DNA of 29,792 bases from assembly GCA_046861385.1 (NCBI GenBank), contig JBHHTW010000028.1, forward strand, positions 1-29,792, given 5' to 3'. The notes under the pieces are model-generated. The model was not told the DNA's origin and ran no database searches. It saw only the letters and a program-made list of their open reading frames with translations. Of the stretch, positions 18,550-27,624 are shown in pieces; within the stretch, counting starts at the first letter, position 1, and every line of letters begins with the position of its first letter. Source of the stretch: Fidelibacterota bacterium. Lineage in GTDB: Bacteria > Fidelibacterota > Marinisomatia > Marinisomatales > TCS55. Made by a program: the position numbers and the translations under genes.

Positions 18550-19053
18550 TTAATTCTTTTTCTTTTTATCCTTCTCAAATACCTTATCAGATACATTGTT
18601 TAGTTCATTTTCAAGCAATGTGAGCTGCTGCTGAATTTCTGATAGTGATTGTGTGGTTTTACGACGTAGTCTTCCAAGATCGTCTTCTAGATCGGCAATA
18701 TCAGTTTCAACATCACCAAACCGTTTAAATGTTTCGCGTTCTACCTCGTCCAGATTGAATTGAACTTCTTCAATCATATCCACCAATGAATCAGCGGTCG
18801 CATTAATTAATTTTGTATTTGCAATAATATTGCGCTGTGCCTGTTGTAAGTGTTTTCCTCTGCCGATAAACTGCAAGTTTAATACTCTGAGGTCTTCCCG
18901 AAATTCATTATGAACAACGTCAACATGCTGTTTATCATTTAGATTTAATTCATCCATACGCTTAATCATTTCCCCGGACATATACTGAAAATAGCCTCCG
19001 GCTAGTATCAATATGACTAAAATACTAAATACAATTTTATCTTTTACTGTCAT
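18550..19053 (-). CDS. Hypothetical protein, N-terminal TM anchor plus long coiled coil
   Basis: 167 aa; hydrophobic IVFSILVILILAGGYF; heptad-like acidic helices; GAGGAAAAGGA upstream. Confidence 0.75.
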   Translation of the reverse strand: MTVKDKIVFSILVILILAGGYFQYMSGEMIKRMDELNLNDKQHVDVVHNEFREDLRVLNLQFIGRGKHLQQAQRNIIANTKLINATADSLVDMIEEVQFNLDEVERETFKRFGDVETDIADLEDDLGRLRRKTTQSLSEIQQQLTLLENELNNVSDKVFEKDKKKKN

Positions 19054-19069
19054 TCCTTTTCCTCAATAA

Positions 19070-19372
19070 TCAGTTACTTAATGTTTCAAGTCGTTTTTCC
19101 CATTCGCTCATTTCTTTTTTCTCTTCTACAGGGGCTTGTTCTTCTGGAGCGGATTCCTCGGTTTTTCCAGCTTTTATATCAGCCAGCATTTTTTCTTTTA
19201 AGGTTGCATTTTCTTTGAGATCGTTCATTAATGAAAGAACTTCGTCATTAAAGTCAGCGATTGTATTATCCAATCGAGAAAGCAATTCACCCGTAAGAAT
19301 TTTGCCGTAATTCTCACTTACCCCTTTTAGAAGTGTCGCAAGTTTTTCACGTAATATATAGTCTTCAGACAT
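19070..19372 (-). CDS. Hypothetical small acidic helical protein
   Basis: 100 aa ORF filling the gap; helical N-terminus, E/A/P linker, C-terminal MSEWEKRLE. Confidence 0.75.
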   Translation of the reverse strand: MSEDYILREKLATLLKGVSENYGKILTGELLSRLDNTIADFNDEVLSLMNDLKENATLKEKMLADIKAGKTEESAPEEQAPVEEKKEMSEWEKRLETLSN

Positions 19373-19447
19373 ATTTAAATGAGTTTATTTGGTTGTTTAT
19401 AAGTCTTCGAAATTGTCACGCATGAATTATAAATAACAAGCCATATT

Positions 19448-19939
19448 TTACGCATCTATCATAGATTTATCTTTTATACTATGAACTCGTTGTAATTCCA
19501 CCTGTGTTAAACCATTTTTTGAAAATTCATCTATCAGCGGTAAATATATTTTTTTCTGTAATGAATAGGGTAACCAATCGACCGTATCCATTTCCGTCAT
19601 GGACTTCCCACCACCTATAGATGTTTCAGATCCGCGTTTAAAAATATGTTTTTGAGCAATGATGTAGGCTTCCACGCGATCTTCAACTACAATTGCAAGA
19701 GAATAATCATATCTTCGAAAATCTTTTTTTACGGGCATGTTAATTGTTTTGATTAGATAACTCTCTTTAGTAAAAAATTCTATTTCATAACCTAAATTTT
19801 CTAAAACTTGACGACTTATTAACAATGCTTCTTCCTGGGAGACTTGGTATCGAAAGGATCTGACCATTCTTGGTGGATTAGGACAAAAAGAAAACTGCAC
19901 GCTAAGGAGCGCAGCAAGCATGCATCGGGTTGCCAACAT
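19448..19939 (-). CDS. Hypothetical exported protein (possible lipoprotein)
   Basis: 163 aa; hydrophobic N-terminus ending in FSFC; 2 nt from the upstream stop. Confidence 0.65.
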   Translation of the reverse strand: MLATRCMLAALLSVQFSFCPNPPRMVRSFRYQVSQEEALLISRQVLENLGYEIEFFTKESYLIKTINMPVKKDFRRYDYSLAIVVEDRVEAYIIAQKHIFKRGSETSIGGGKSMTEMDTVDWLPYSLQKKIYLPLIDEFSKNGLTQVELQRVHSIKDKSMIDA

Positions 19940-19941
19940 AT

Positions 19942-20649
19942 TTAATAAATTTCAAATATTGAAGGGGTTTCTTCTGTTTTTATTTCTTCCTTTGCATTAA
20001 TCATAAAATCAGGATTATAATAAACTAATCTTAAAAAACCTATATCCCCTTCCAGTAAACTAGTTTCTGTTTTGGGTTGTTGAACCACTCCATTAAGGAC
20101 GAGAACGATTCTAGCTGGAGAAATATTCCATGAAGATCTAAAAAAAGCACGAGAGTATTTTACGTTGAGAAAGTTATTATACGAGGTTGATGGTCCATTG
20201 ACTGTTTGGTCTGTGGAAAATGGGTTTCCATAAACTTCGCTAATATTTCCCTCGATTCGTAAAAAGAGTTCAATTTGCTTATCTAAATCATCATTTTCCA
20301 ATTGGAAATCAATTTCTGATTTCCAAAACCCGCTATCGCTATACACAAACCATATTCTTACTGAGTCTGTACCAAGCCATCCAGACATAGTTACAGTTCT
20401 GTTATCAGCATCTGGTTGAGCAATTGACATATTTTCCAACGTGGGTATATTTGAAATATTTGAACCCCATTGGTATCCTTTGTAACCATATTCTAAACTG
20501 AAATCGCTATTTGTCCTTTTTGAAGTGTCTACCGAGTCTGCGATAAATGTTGAATCAACAATTGTCGTGTCCAAGGGCGTTTCTACTGCCACCTCTCCCT
20601 GCGCGATAATTAATGAGCAGATAAATGTTGGCATTAATATTCGTTTCAT
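19942..20649 (-). CDS. Hypothetical secreted protein
   Basis: 235 aa; short signal peptide MKRILMPTFICSLIIA-Q; D/S/T-rich linker; GAGG/AGGGA upstream. Confidence 0.75.
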   Translation of the reverse strand: MKRILMPTFICSLIIAQGEVAVETPLDTTIVDSTFIADSVDTSKRTNSDFSLEYGYKGYQWGSNISNIPTLENMSIAQPDADNRTVTMSGWLGTDSVRIWFVYSDSGFWKSEIDFQLENDDLDKQIELFLRIEGNISEVYGNPFSTDQTVNGPSTSYNNFLNVKYSRAFFRSSWNISPARIVLVLNGVVQQPKTETSLLEGDIGFLRLVYYNPDFMINAKEEIKTEETPSIFEIY

Positions 20650-20689
20650 CGTTCCCTTACCTCGTTGATTTAAGTTTCACCTTATATAA

Positions 20690-20718
20690 AAAATACAAAG
20701 CTAATTATGTTAGTGCAA
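20690..20718 (-). promoter_or_regulatory. Putative sigma70 promoter for the 19942-20649 gene
   Basis: TTGCAC-17 nt-TATTTT. Confidence 0.5.
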
Positions 20719-20729
20719 GAGCAAATATG

Positions 20730-21683
20730 CTACTTAATTACTGTGCCAATTCGGTTAAATCGTGGTACCCACGTATCCAAGTTTAAAGACATATATGCAA
20801 ATAACGCTTCACCTAATATATGATTTTCCGGTACAAATCCCCAAAATCTGGAATCGAGACTATTGTCTCGATTGTCACCCATAGCCCAGTAATAGTTCTG
20901 ATTGACGACATATTCTTCAAGCTCCATTATAGGTTGCCCATCGAATAATAAATCTCCTCTTGGCAGGTTTGTCGACCACGGATTAATTAAATTCCCATTT
21001 GGGTAATAGTCCTCGTACACTTTTAACGATTCTTTTCTTCGATACAAATCATCCGGATCGATTACAGTGAATTCGTATTCATAATTTTCATTTTTTAGAG
21101 TTAATTCATGCCCGTCAAAAAGCATGAGCTGCATCACCAATATTGCATTTTCAGGTTTAATAGGAATTATATCCCCTTTTTTGGGGATGACTAGTTGAGA
21201 AAAATTATCTTTATTCCCTTTACCTAAAAATATTTTTGGATCTCTTTTTCTAGGATCTGCCATCGGTAGAATAAAACGACCATGCTCAGGCAGCTCAAAT
21301 TCTGTACCATTTACAAACACTCTCCTTTTAACAATTTCCAGTGTATCCCCGGGCTCGGCAATGCACCGCTTGACGTATTTTAAATGAGGGTCTCTTGGAT
21401 ATTTGAAGATAATCACATCACTTTGATGAGGATTTTTAAACTCTGGGAATCGATAATACGGAATTGAAAAACCAATATCAGTGTAAGGTATTCCGATCCA
21501 ATCGGGTGTTCTCATTCCATATACAAAGCGGTTGCCGATAAGAAAATCACCCACCATGATGGTTTTTTCCATGCTCCCGGTCGGAACAATATATGCCTCT
21601 ACCAATGTGACTTTTAGCGTAAAGGCGATGATCACTATGATGAATAGAGATCGCGTTTCATTAATAATTTTATTTTTATCCAT
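20730..21683 (-). CDS. lepB: Signal peptidase I
   Basis: VPTGSMEKT (Ser), GDFL, YVKRC (Lys), MGDNRDNSLDSRFWGFVP; large internal insertion. Confidence 0.95.
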   Translation of the reverse strand: MDKNKIINETRSLFIIVIIAFTLKVTLVEAYIVPTGSMEKTIMVGDFLIGNRFVYGMRTPDWIGIPYTDIGFSIPYYRFPEFKNPHQSDVIIFKYPRDPHLKYVKRCIAEPGDTLEIVKRRVFVNGTEFELPEHGRFILPMADPRKRDPKIFLGKGNKDNFSQLVIPKKGDIIPIKPENAILVMQLMLFDGHELTLKNENYEYEFTVIDPDDLYRRKESLKVYEDYYPNGNLINPWSTNLPRGDLLFDGQPIMELEEYVVNQNYYWAMGDNRDNSLDSRFWGFVPENHILGEALFAYMSLNLDTWVPRFNRIGTVIK

Positions 21684-21719
21684 GATAGAATTTAGGAGTT
21701 ATGTTTATATGAACAATGA

Positions 21720-22652
21720 TTAATCAATTTCGATACCTTTAAAGTGTTTCAAACTGGGTCCGCTCTTTTGTATGGTGACAGCATATACGTCTAAGCGTAT
21801 ATCTTTTGTCACTTCATTATCCATTAAATATTTATCGACTGATTTTGTTAATTTTTTTATTTTTGATGCATTCACTTGATTTTCAACACCACCCATGGTT
21901 TTACTTGCTGCTGTCTTTACTTCAATAAAAACTAGTTCATTATTTTTTTCAGCAATAATATCAATTTCACCATACGGTGCGCAATAGTGATTTAATGATA
22001 CAATTTTGTATCCTTTGTTGTATAAGTCCAAAGCAGCTAATCGTTCCCCCAAATGTCCGACTTTTGTATTTTTCTTTAGCCACTGAATGGTCGGAAGATG
22101 TTTATATACCGGATTGAATGTTCGTCTGTGAATCGGTGTTGCTTTATGCTCTATTAATTTTTCAATATGTTTCTTTGTACCGTATCCCTTATGGTGCGCA
22201 AATCCGTATTCAGGAAAAATGATGTCATATTGTTTCATAATTAAATCACGAGTGACTTTGGCAATAATTGATGCTGCTTTAATAGAATCAACCAAATCGT
22301 CTCCGTGTATTATTCCTTCATTTGGCACAATTTGATTTGGTAGAGCATAGCCGTCAATTAGGGCTTTTTTGGGTTGGGGATTTAATGATCCCAATGATTT
22401 GAACATGGCTTTATGAGTTGCTTGAAGAATATTTGTTCTATCAATTTCATCCCTATCCACTATTCCAACTCCGATAGAAATGGCGTGGGTATTGATATAT
22501 TCGAACAGAATTTCGCGTTTCTTTTCAGATAATTTTTTTGAATCAGCTAATCCTTCGATGTGGTGGTCTTCGGGTAATATGACAGCAGCAGCCACCACCG
22601 GACCTGCCAAAGGTCCCCGACCGGCCTCATCTACTCCTGCGATTAATTCCAT
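21720..22652 (-). CDS. rnhB: Ribonuclease HII fused to a C-terminal YraN (UPF0102) domain
   Basis: N-terminal GVDEAGRGPLAGPV, DSKKL, LIDG, AASIIAKVTRD, HKGYGT, HRRTF; C-terminal GERLAA...GY...GEIDIIA...LVFIEVKT...RLDV. Confidence 0.93.
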   Translation of the reverse strand: MELIAGVDEAGRGPLAGPVVAAAVILPEDHHIEGLADSKKLSEKKREILFEYINTHAISIGVGIVDRDEIDRTNILQATHKAMFKSLGSLNPQPKKALIDGYALPNQIVPNEGIIHGDDLVDSIKAASIIAKVTRDLIMKQYDIIFPEYGFAHHKGYGTKKHIEKLIEHKATPIHRRTFNPVYKHLPTIQWLKKNTKVGHLGERLAALDLYNKGYKIVSLNHYCAPYGEIDIIAEKNNELVFIEVKTAASKTMGGVENQVNASKIKKLTKSVDKYLMDNEVTKDIRLDVYAVTIQKSGPSLKHFKGIEID

Positions 22653-24976
22653 TTATATTCCTTAATATCTTCCCCGTCAGATTTTAACCAAAAAGCTCCA
22701 CTTAAATCGGTTCTGTGAATCTTAATTTTTCTCGATTTGAAACGGTCAATAACAAACGGTGACGGATGGGAAAATTTATTCTTCCACCCAACAGAAATTA
22801 CAGACATTTTTGGGTTTACTAAATCTAATATTGACTCAGATGAGCTTGTAATAGATCCATGATGTGCAACTTTTAAAACATCTGATTTCAGTAAGTCTTG
22901 ATAGGGAATCAATGATTCATCGCCTTCAAATTCAAGGTCACCTGTAAATAAAATACTCGTTTTACCATAAATCAATTTAAATACGATACTGGAATTATTT
23001 ACATTATGCGCCGAAGCAGCAAATAAAGAATCGGGGGCTAAAATTTGAACAAATACATTTTTGGATAACTTTCTCGTTTCTCCGCGTTTTGGATGCTGAA
23101 TCATAATTGAATTAGAGTCTGAATATTCTACGATTTTACGATATGTCCAGGATTTATACGGTAAATAGGTATCCCATAATGTATCGATTTTAACTTCACC
23201 TAATAACGAGACAATCCCTCCAATGTGATCATTGTGCGGATGACTCATTACTACCCAATTGAGCTCATGAATCCCTAAGTAAGTCAAAACGGGTAAAACG
23301 ACATCTTTCCCCATGTCATTATAACGATTTCTCTCACCTGCATCAATTAGCATGATTTTGTCATCAGGAAGTTTTACTATGATTCCGTCTCCTTGTCCAA
23401 CATCTAAAAATATCACATCAAGTGTTTTTTCATTAAACGCCCATTTCCATACAGAATAATTCAGTACAAATAGAATGATTAAGAATCCGTATTTCCTTCG
23501 AATTTCATTAAAAAACAACACAATGGATAGTAGAACTAAATAATATGCAATCATTTCATACGGCGTGAAACTCATTTTTAAAGTTGAAAATGAAAATGTT
23601 GAAAATAAATGAGTATTAAAGGTAATAATCTTTGCAATCAGCCAAGCGGTGTTTCCGAGTACATACCCAATTCCCGGTATCCATCCTAAAAACAAAATAA
23701 AAAATCCAATTCCAACTAAAACGCCTATCAACGGAACGATCAGCACATTGGCAATGAGAGCAATCAATGGAAATTTTCCAAAAACAAGGATGGTGAGTGG
23801 TAAAGTACCGATTTGCGCCGCAATGGATACCAAGAATAATCCCCAAATAAATTGAGGTACTTTATGACCGATATTACTTACTTTTAATTTTTCCGGAAGT
23901 ATTGTTTCAAACCAATTATAGAAAAAGATAATAGATGCAACGGCTAAAAAACTCAACTGGAATCCCAAATCAAATAAGTCCAGCGGTCGAAAACATAAAA
24001 TACCCATGGCAGCTCCCCCAATAATATTCCATATATTTGCCGTTCGATTAAATACAGGTGCCATTACATATAGAGCTGCCATGATAGTTGCTCTCACAAC
24101 ACTCGCTTTCCCTCCAGTTAGGATTACGAAAATAATCAGACCAAGAATGACAACAATTCGATCGGCTCCCCAAGGGAGATGAAACATATTTTTAATGAGG
24201 AGCAGCACGATTAAAACGTAGCCAACATGCAGTCCGGATACTGCCAATACATGTATCACCCCTGTTTTAACAAATGATTCTTTAATACTTGGATCAACAT
24301 CGGACTTATCACCGAGAATCAAAGCGCTGAGTAATCCAGCAGCATCGCCTGGCGCATATTCATTAAAATGAGACCGGATTTTATTTTGAATGGTGTAAAT
24401 GAATCGCCCAAAATGGAATTTTGAATTTCTCCGAACCGTCACATAGTCATTTTTATCAGGGAATATCCAACCATATATATTTTTTCGATTATAAAATGAT
24501 TGAAAATTAAATTCACCGGGATTTCTCACTGAACTGATTTGTTGAAAATCCCCAAATCCAGTTAAAGTATCACCGATAGTAGCGATCAATTTGGTTTTTT
24601 GATAGAGCCAAATATGGATATTTTGAATATCGAACAAATTCAACCGATATTTATAACCTGCCTCTGTTTCTTTTATTTCTGCTATCTCTCCGCGAAATTC
24701 AATTTTCGAGTCATGGAATTTATTAGCAATGGATTTCAGACGGTTTTGGTGGAGCAGAGTCGTTTGCATCCTTTGGGATCCAAATGCAATAAAGCAGATC
24801 AAAACACCTGAAATGAGTAAAACATCTTTTTTATTAAATAATAAGCCAACACCGACAGTAATTAAAATAATTACAAGACTACTGCAGTTAATAAATTCAC
24901 CAAGTATTAACCCTATAATAAATGCGAGACTGATATATACAAAGGGTGTTTTTTTATATAAGTGAACCATTCCCAT
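22643..24976 (-). CDS. comEC: DNA internalization competence protein ComEC/Rec2
   Basis: RNPGEFNF, ALILGD, GVIHVLAVSGLHVG, SVVRA, GFQLSF; C-terminal MBL domain DVGQGD, SHPHNDHIGG, LFTGD, HHGS. Confidence 0.95.
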   Translation of the reverse strand: MGMVHLYKKTPFVYISLAFIIGLILGEFINCSSLVIILITVGVGLLFNKKDVLLISGVLICFIAFGSQRMQTTLLHQNRLKSIANKFHDSKIEFRGEIAEIKETEAGYKYRLNLFDIQNIHIWLYQKTKLIATIGDTLTGFGDFQQISSVRNPGEFNFQSFYNRKNIYGWIFPDKNDYVTVRRNSKFHFGRFIYTIQNKIRSHFNEYAPGDAAGLLSALILGDKSDVDPSIKESFVKTGVIHVLAVSGLHVGYVLIVLLLIKNMFHLPWGADRIVVILGLIIFVILTGGKASVVRATIMAALYVMAPVFNRTANIWNIIGGAAMGILCFRPLDLFDLGFQLSFLAVASIIFFYNWFETILPEKLKVSNIGHKVPQFIWGLFLVSIAAQIGTLPLTILVFGKFPLIALIANVLIVPLIGVLVGIGFFILFLGWIPGIGYVLGNTAWLIAKIITFNTHLFSTFSFSTLKMSFTPYEMIAYYLVLLSIVLFFNEIRRKYGFLIILFVLNYSVWKWAFNEKTLDVIFLDVGQGDGIIVKLPDDKIMLIDAGERNRYNDMGKDVVLPVLTYLGIHELNWVVMSHPHNDHIGGIVSLLGEVKIDTLWDTYLPYKSWTYRKIVEYSDSNSIMIQHPKRGETRKLSKNVFVQILAPDSLFAASAHNVNNSSIVFKLIYGKTSILFTGDLEFEGDESLIPYQDLLKSDVLKVAHHGSITSSSESILDLVNPKMSVISVGWKNKFSHPSPFVIDRFKSRKIKIHRTDLSGAFWLKSDGEDIKEYKWN

Positions 24977-25013
24977 TTGGTCATAAACGATTTAAACTTT
25001 GATGAAAAGGCAA

Positions 25014-25042
25014 TTGCCTCCCATGAATCATCCGTGTAAACT
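25014..25042 (+). promoter_or_regulatory. Putative sigma70 promoter of the symporter-suhB operon
   Basis: TTGCCT (25014-19)-17 nt-TAAACT (25037-42); the -35 lies within palindrome AGGCAATTGCCT. Confidence 0.6.
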
Positions 25043-25074
25043 TGGCTTCAATTTTTAAACAAATCAAGGTGACT

Positions 25075-26634
25075 ATGAATAAATCAAAAGCTGGAATGAT
25101 CTCATTTTCGATTATTTTAATTGTATTGGCAATGTTCGGTGTAGAGTTTTATGAAGGCATTTGGTCTTTTCCTTCATTTTCTCCCATACCTCTAATGGTT
25201 TTTGCTCTGGTTGGTACCGGTATTTTCATTACCATAAAATTAGGGTTTCCACAGTTAAGGTATCTCAAGCATGGGATCAATGTCACTCGAGGAAAGTACG
25301 ATAATCCCGAGGATGAAGGTGATCTCAACCATTTCCGCGCACTCACAACTGCGTTATCAGCCACCGTTGGGATTGGCAATATTGCCGGAGTAGCAACGGC
25401 AATTTATTATGGTGGTCCCGGTGCTATATTCTGGATGTGGATCACTGCATTTTTTGGTACCACCCTTAAATATGCAGAATGTTCATTGTCTTTAAAATAT
25501 CGAGATATCGATAGCAATGGAATGACAGCAGGTGGTCCTATGCATACGATTGAATCCGGAATGGGAAAACACTGGAGATGGATGGCTGTAGCTTTTGCCA
25601 GTTTTGCAATCATATGTTCTTTTGCTACGGGAAATGCGATTCAGGCGTTTACTGTTTCTGATCAAATTTATTCCGAAGTATCACAATTCCTTGGAACAAA
25701 TCATTTTCTTACATTGAAACACCACATTTGGACAGGTTTTGAATTATCGGTTCAGCAAGTGATCAATGGTTTCGTTCTTGTGGGAATCATTGGAATGGTT
25801 ATTATCGGCGGCATAAAAAGAATTGGACGCGTAACCGGTTATCTGGCACCCATCATGGCTATAATTTATGTTTGTGCTGCTTCTCTAATCCTTTTGGTTA
25901 ATATTGATAAAATTGGATCCAGTATTTCATTGATTTTTGAAATGGCTTTCAACCCGCCTGCAACGATCGCAGGTGCAAGTGGAGGAATTTTATTAACCAT
26001 GCTTTGGGGAATAAAACGTGGATTATATTCCAATGAAGCCGGTCAAGGCAGCGCCGCCATCGCCCATTCCACCGCGAAAACTAAATATCCTATCCGAGAA
26101 GGCGCTGTCGCCATGCTGGGCCCCTTCATCGACACAATCATTATTTGTTCCCTGACCGGTTTAGTGATTATTTCCACAGGCGCATGGCAGCATACACAAT
26201 TTTATATGAATATTACCGATCCAAACTTGCCGCATGTTAAAGATATACTTGAAGTGGGGTTATTTAACAGCAGCCTTTTAACATCCTATGCATTTAAGGA
26301 AGGACTGAGCTTTTTGTTTAATTACGGTGATAAAATTGTGACAGTATCTGTGCTTCTATTTGCGATTTCGACAGCAATCAGTTGGTCTTTCTACGGTGAT
26401 CGCTCCACACATTACTTATTTGGTCAAAAAGCAATTTTACCATATAAATGGGTCTTTCTGGTATTTGTGTTCATTGGCGCTATAGCAGAGTTGGATGCCA
26501 TTTGGGCTTTTGGTGACGCTGCGCTGGGATTTATGACCTTCCCGAATTTAATATCGATAATTTTTCTGTCGACCGCGCTAAAGAAAATGACAAAAAAATA
26601 TTTCTCACAGGAACATATCCTCTATAAAAAATAA
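25075..26634 (+). CDS. Alanine/glycine:cation symporter (AGCS/AlsT family)
   Basis: ALSATVGIGNIAGVA, GGPGAIFWMW, GGPM, GGIKRI, RGLYSNEAGQGS, FIDTIIIC. Start ATG 25075 (AAGGTGA RBS) preferred over TTG 25042, which overlaps the -10 box. Confidence 0.93.
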   Translation: MNKSKAGMISFSIILIVLAMFGVEFYEGIWSFPSFSPIPLMVFALVGTGIFITIKLGFPQLRYLKHGINVTRGKYDNPEDEGDLNHFRALTTALSATVGIGNIAGVATAIYYGGPGAIFWMWITAFFGTTLKYAECSLSLKYRDIDSNGMTAGGPMHTIESGMGKHWRWMAVAFASFAIICSFATGNAIQAFTVSDQIYSEVSQFLGTNHFLTLKHHIWTGFELSVQQVINGFVLVGIIGMVIIGGIKRIGRVTGYLAPIMAIIYVCAASLILLVNIDKIGSSISLIFEMAFNPPATIAGASGGILLTMLWGIKRGLYSNEAGQGSAAIAHSTAKTKYPIREGAVAMLGPFIDTIIICSLTGLVIISTGAWQHTQFYMNITDPNLPHVKDILEVGLFNSSLLTSYAFKEGLSFLFNYGDKIVTVSVLLFAISTAISWSFYGDRSTHYLFGQKAILPYKWVFLVFVFIGAIAELDAIWAFGDAALGFMTFPNLISIIFLSTALKKMTKKYFSQEHILYKK

Positions 26635-26637
26635 ATC

Positions 26638-27414
26638 ATGGATTTGAACCACATTCAAGATGTGGCTGTGAAAGCGGCAAAATCTGCAGCAGAACTGATT
26701 TTATCCGCCAATGAACTACCGAAAGTTGCTAACTATAAAAGTAAGGCTGATCTTGTAACCAAAACGGATACTGAGTCCGAACAATTAATCTGTAAAATGA
26801 TTAGTGAAAATTTTCCAAATCATGGGATTCTCGCAGAGGAATCCGGCGCTCATTATCCAAATTCAGATTATCAATGGATCATAGATCCTTTAGACGGTAC
26901 AACTAATTTTGTTCATAATTACCCTGCATTTGCTATCTCTATCGGTGTTTACTACAAACATAAGCCAATGGTCGCTTGTATCATTGAACTGCCCGTATAC
27001 CACATCTATACGGCCGTAAGGAACCAAAGAGCATATTGCGATGAGTCAATGATTTCCGTATCAGCAGTGAATGAGTTGGATAAATCACTTCTTGTGACAG
27101 GTTTTGGTTACAATCATGATGTTTTATGGGAAAGAAATATGGAATTATTCAAGCGATTCACTGATACCACCCAAGGTGTTCGCCGTTTAGGAGCGGCTGC
27201 AGTGGATTTATGCCACGTTGCCTGCGGAAAAGTAGATGGATTTTGGGAATTTGATCTTAAGCCATGGGATACAGCAGCCGGAATACTTTTGGTTCTAGAA
27301 GCCGGCGGGAAAATCACACAAACAAATGGTTCGGCATTTTCTATATTTGACAATCAAATTCTGGCGTCAAATGCTCTTATTCATAAGGAAATGATGCAAA
27401 TTATCAATTCTTGA
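26638..27414 (+). CDS. suhB: Inositol monophosphatase family protein
   Basis: DLVT, LAEES, WIIDPLDGTTNF, RRLGAAAVDLC, PWDTAAG. Confidence 0.9.
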   Translation: MDLNHIQDVAVKAAKSAAELILSANELPKVANYKSKADLVTKTDTESEQLICKMISENFPNHGILAEESGAHYPNSDYQWIIDPLDGTTNFVHNYPAFAISIGVYYKHKPMVACIIELPVYHIYTAVRNQRAYCDESMISVSAVNELDKSLLVTGFGYNHDVLWERNMELFKRFTDTTQGVRRLGAAAVDLCHVACGKVDGFWEFDLKPWDTAAGILLVLEAGGKITQTNGSAFSIFDNQILASNALIHKEMMQIINS

Positions 27415-27579
27415 TTATAGTCGCGAAGCCTGGAAAGAATCGTAAAGGATAAGACCGAATCTTTGCTGAAGTTCTTGTTAAGTTGTTATACTAATTTTTA
27501 AAAAGAACTTTTGGATAAATCTATAGCTTCCGAAAAGTTTTTTGGTTTTTTTATTTACTATTTTCCATTTCACATATTT

Positions 27580-27600
27580 CCTGCCTGACCGGCAGGCAGG
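27580..27600. repeat. GC-rich REP-like palindrome
   Basis: CCTGCCTG-ACCGG-CAGGCAGG, perfect 8-bp stem in AT-rich intergenic DNA; single copy in this window. Confidence 0.6.
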
Positions 27601-27624
27601 CATCTTACATCTACCGTCAGATAT

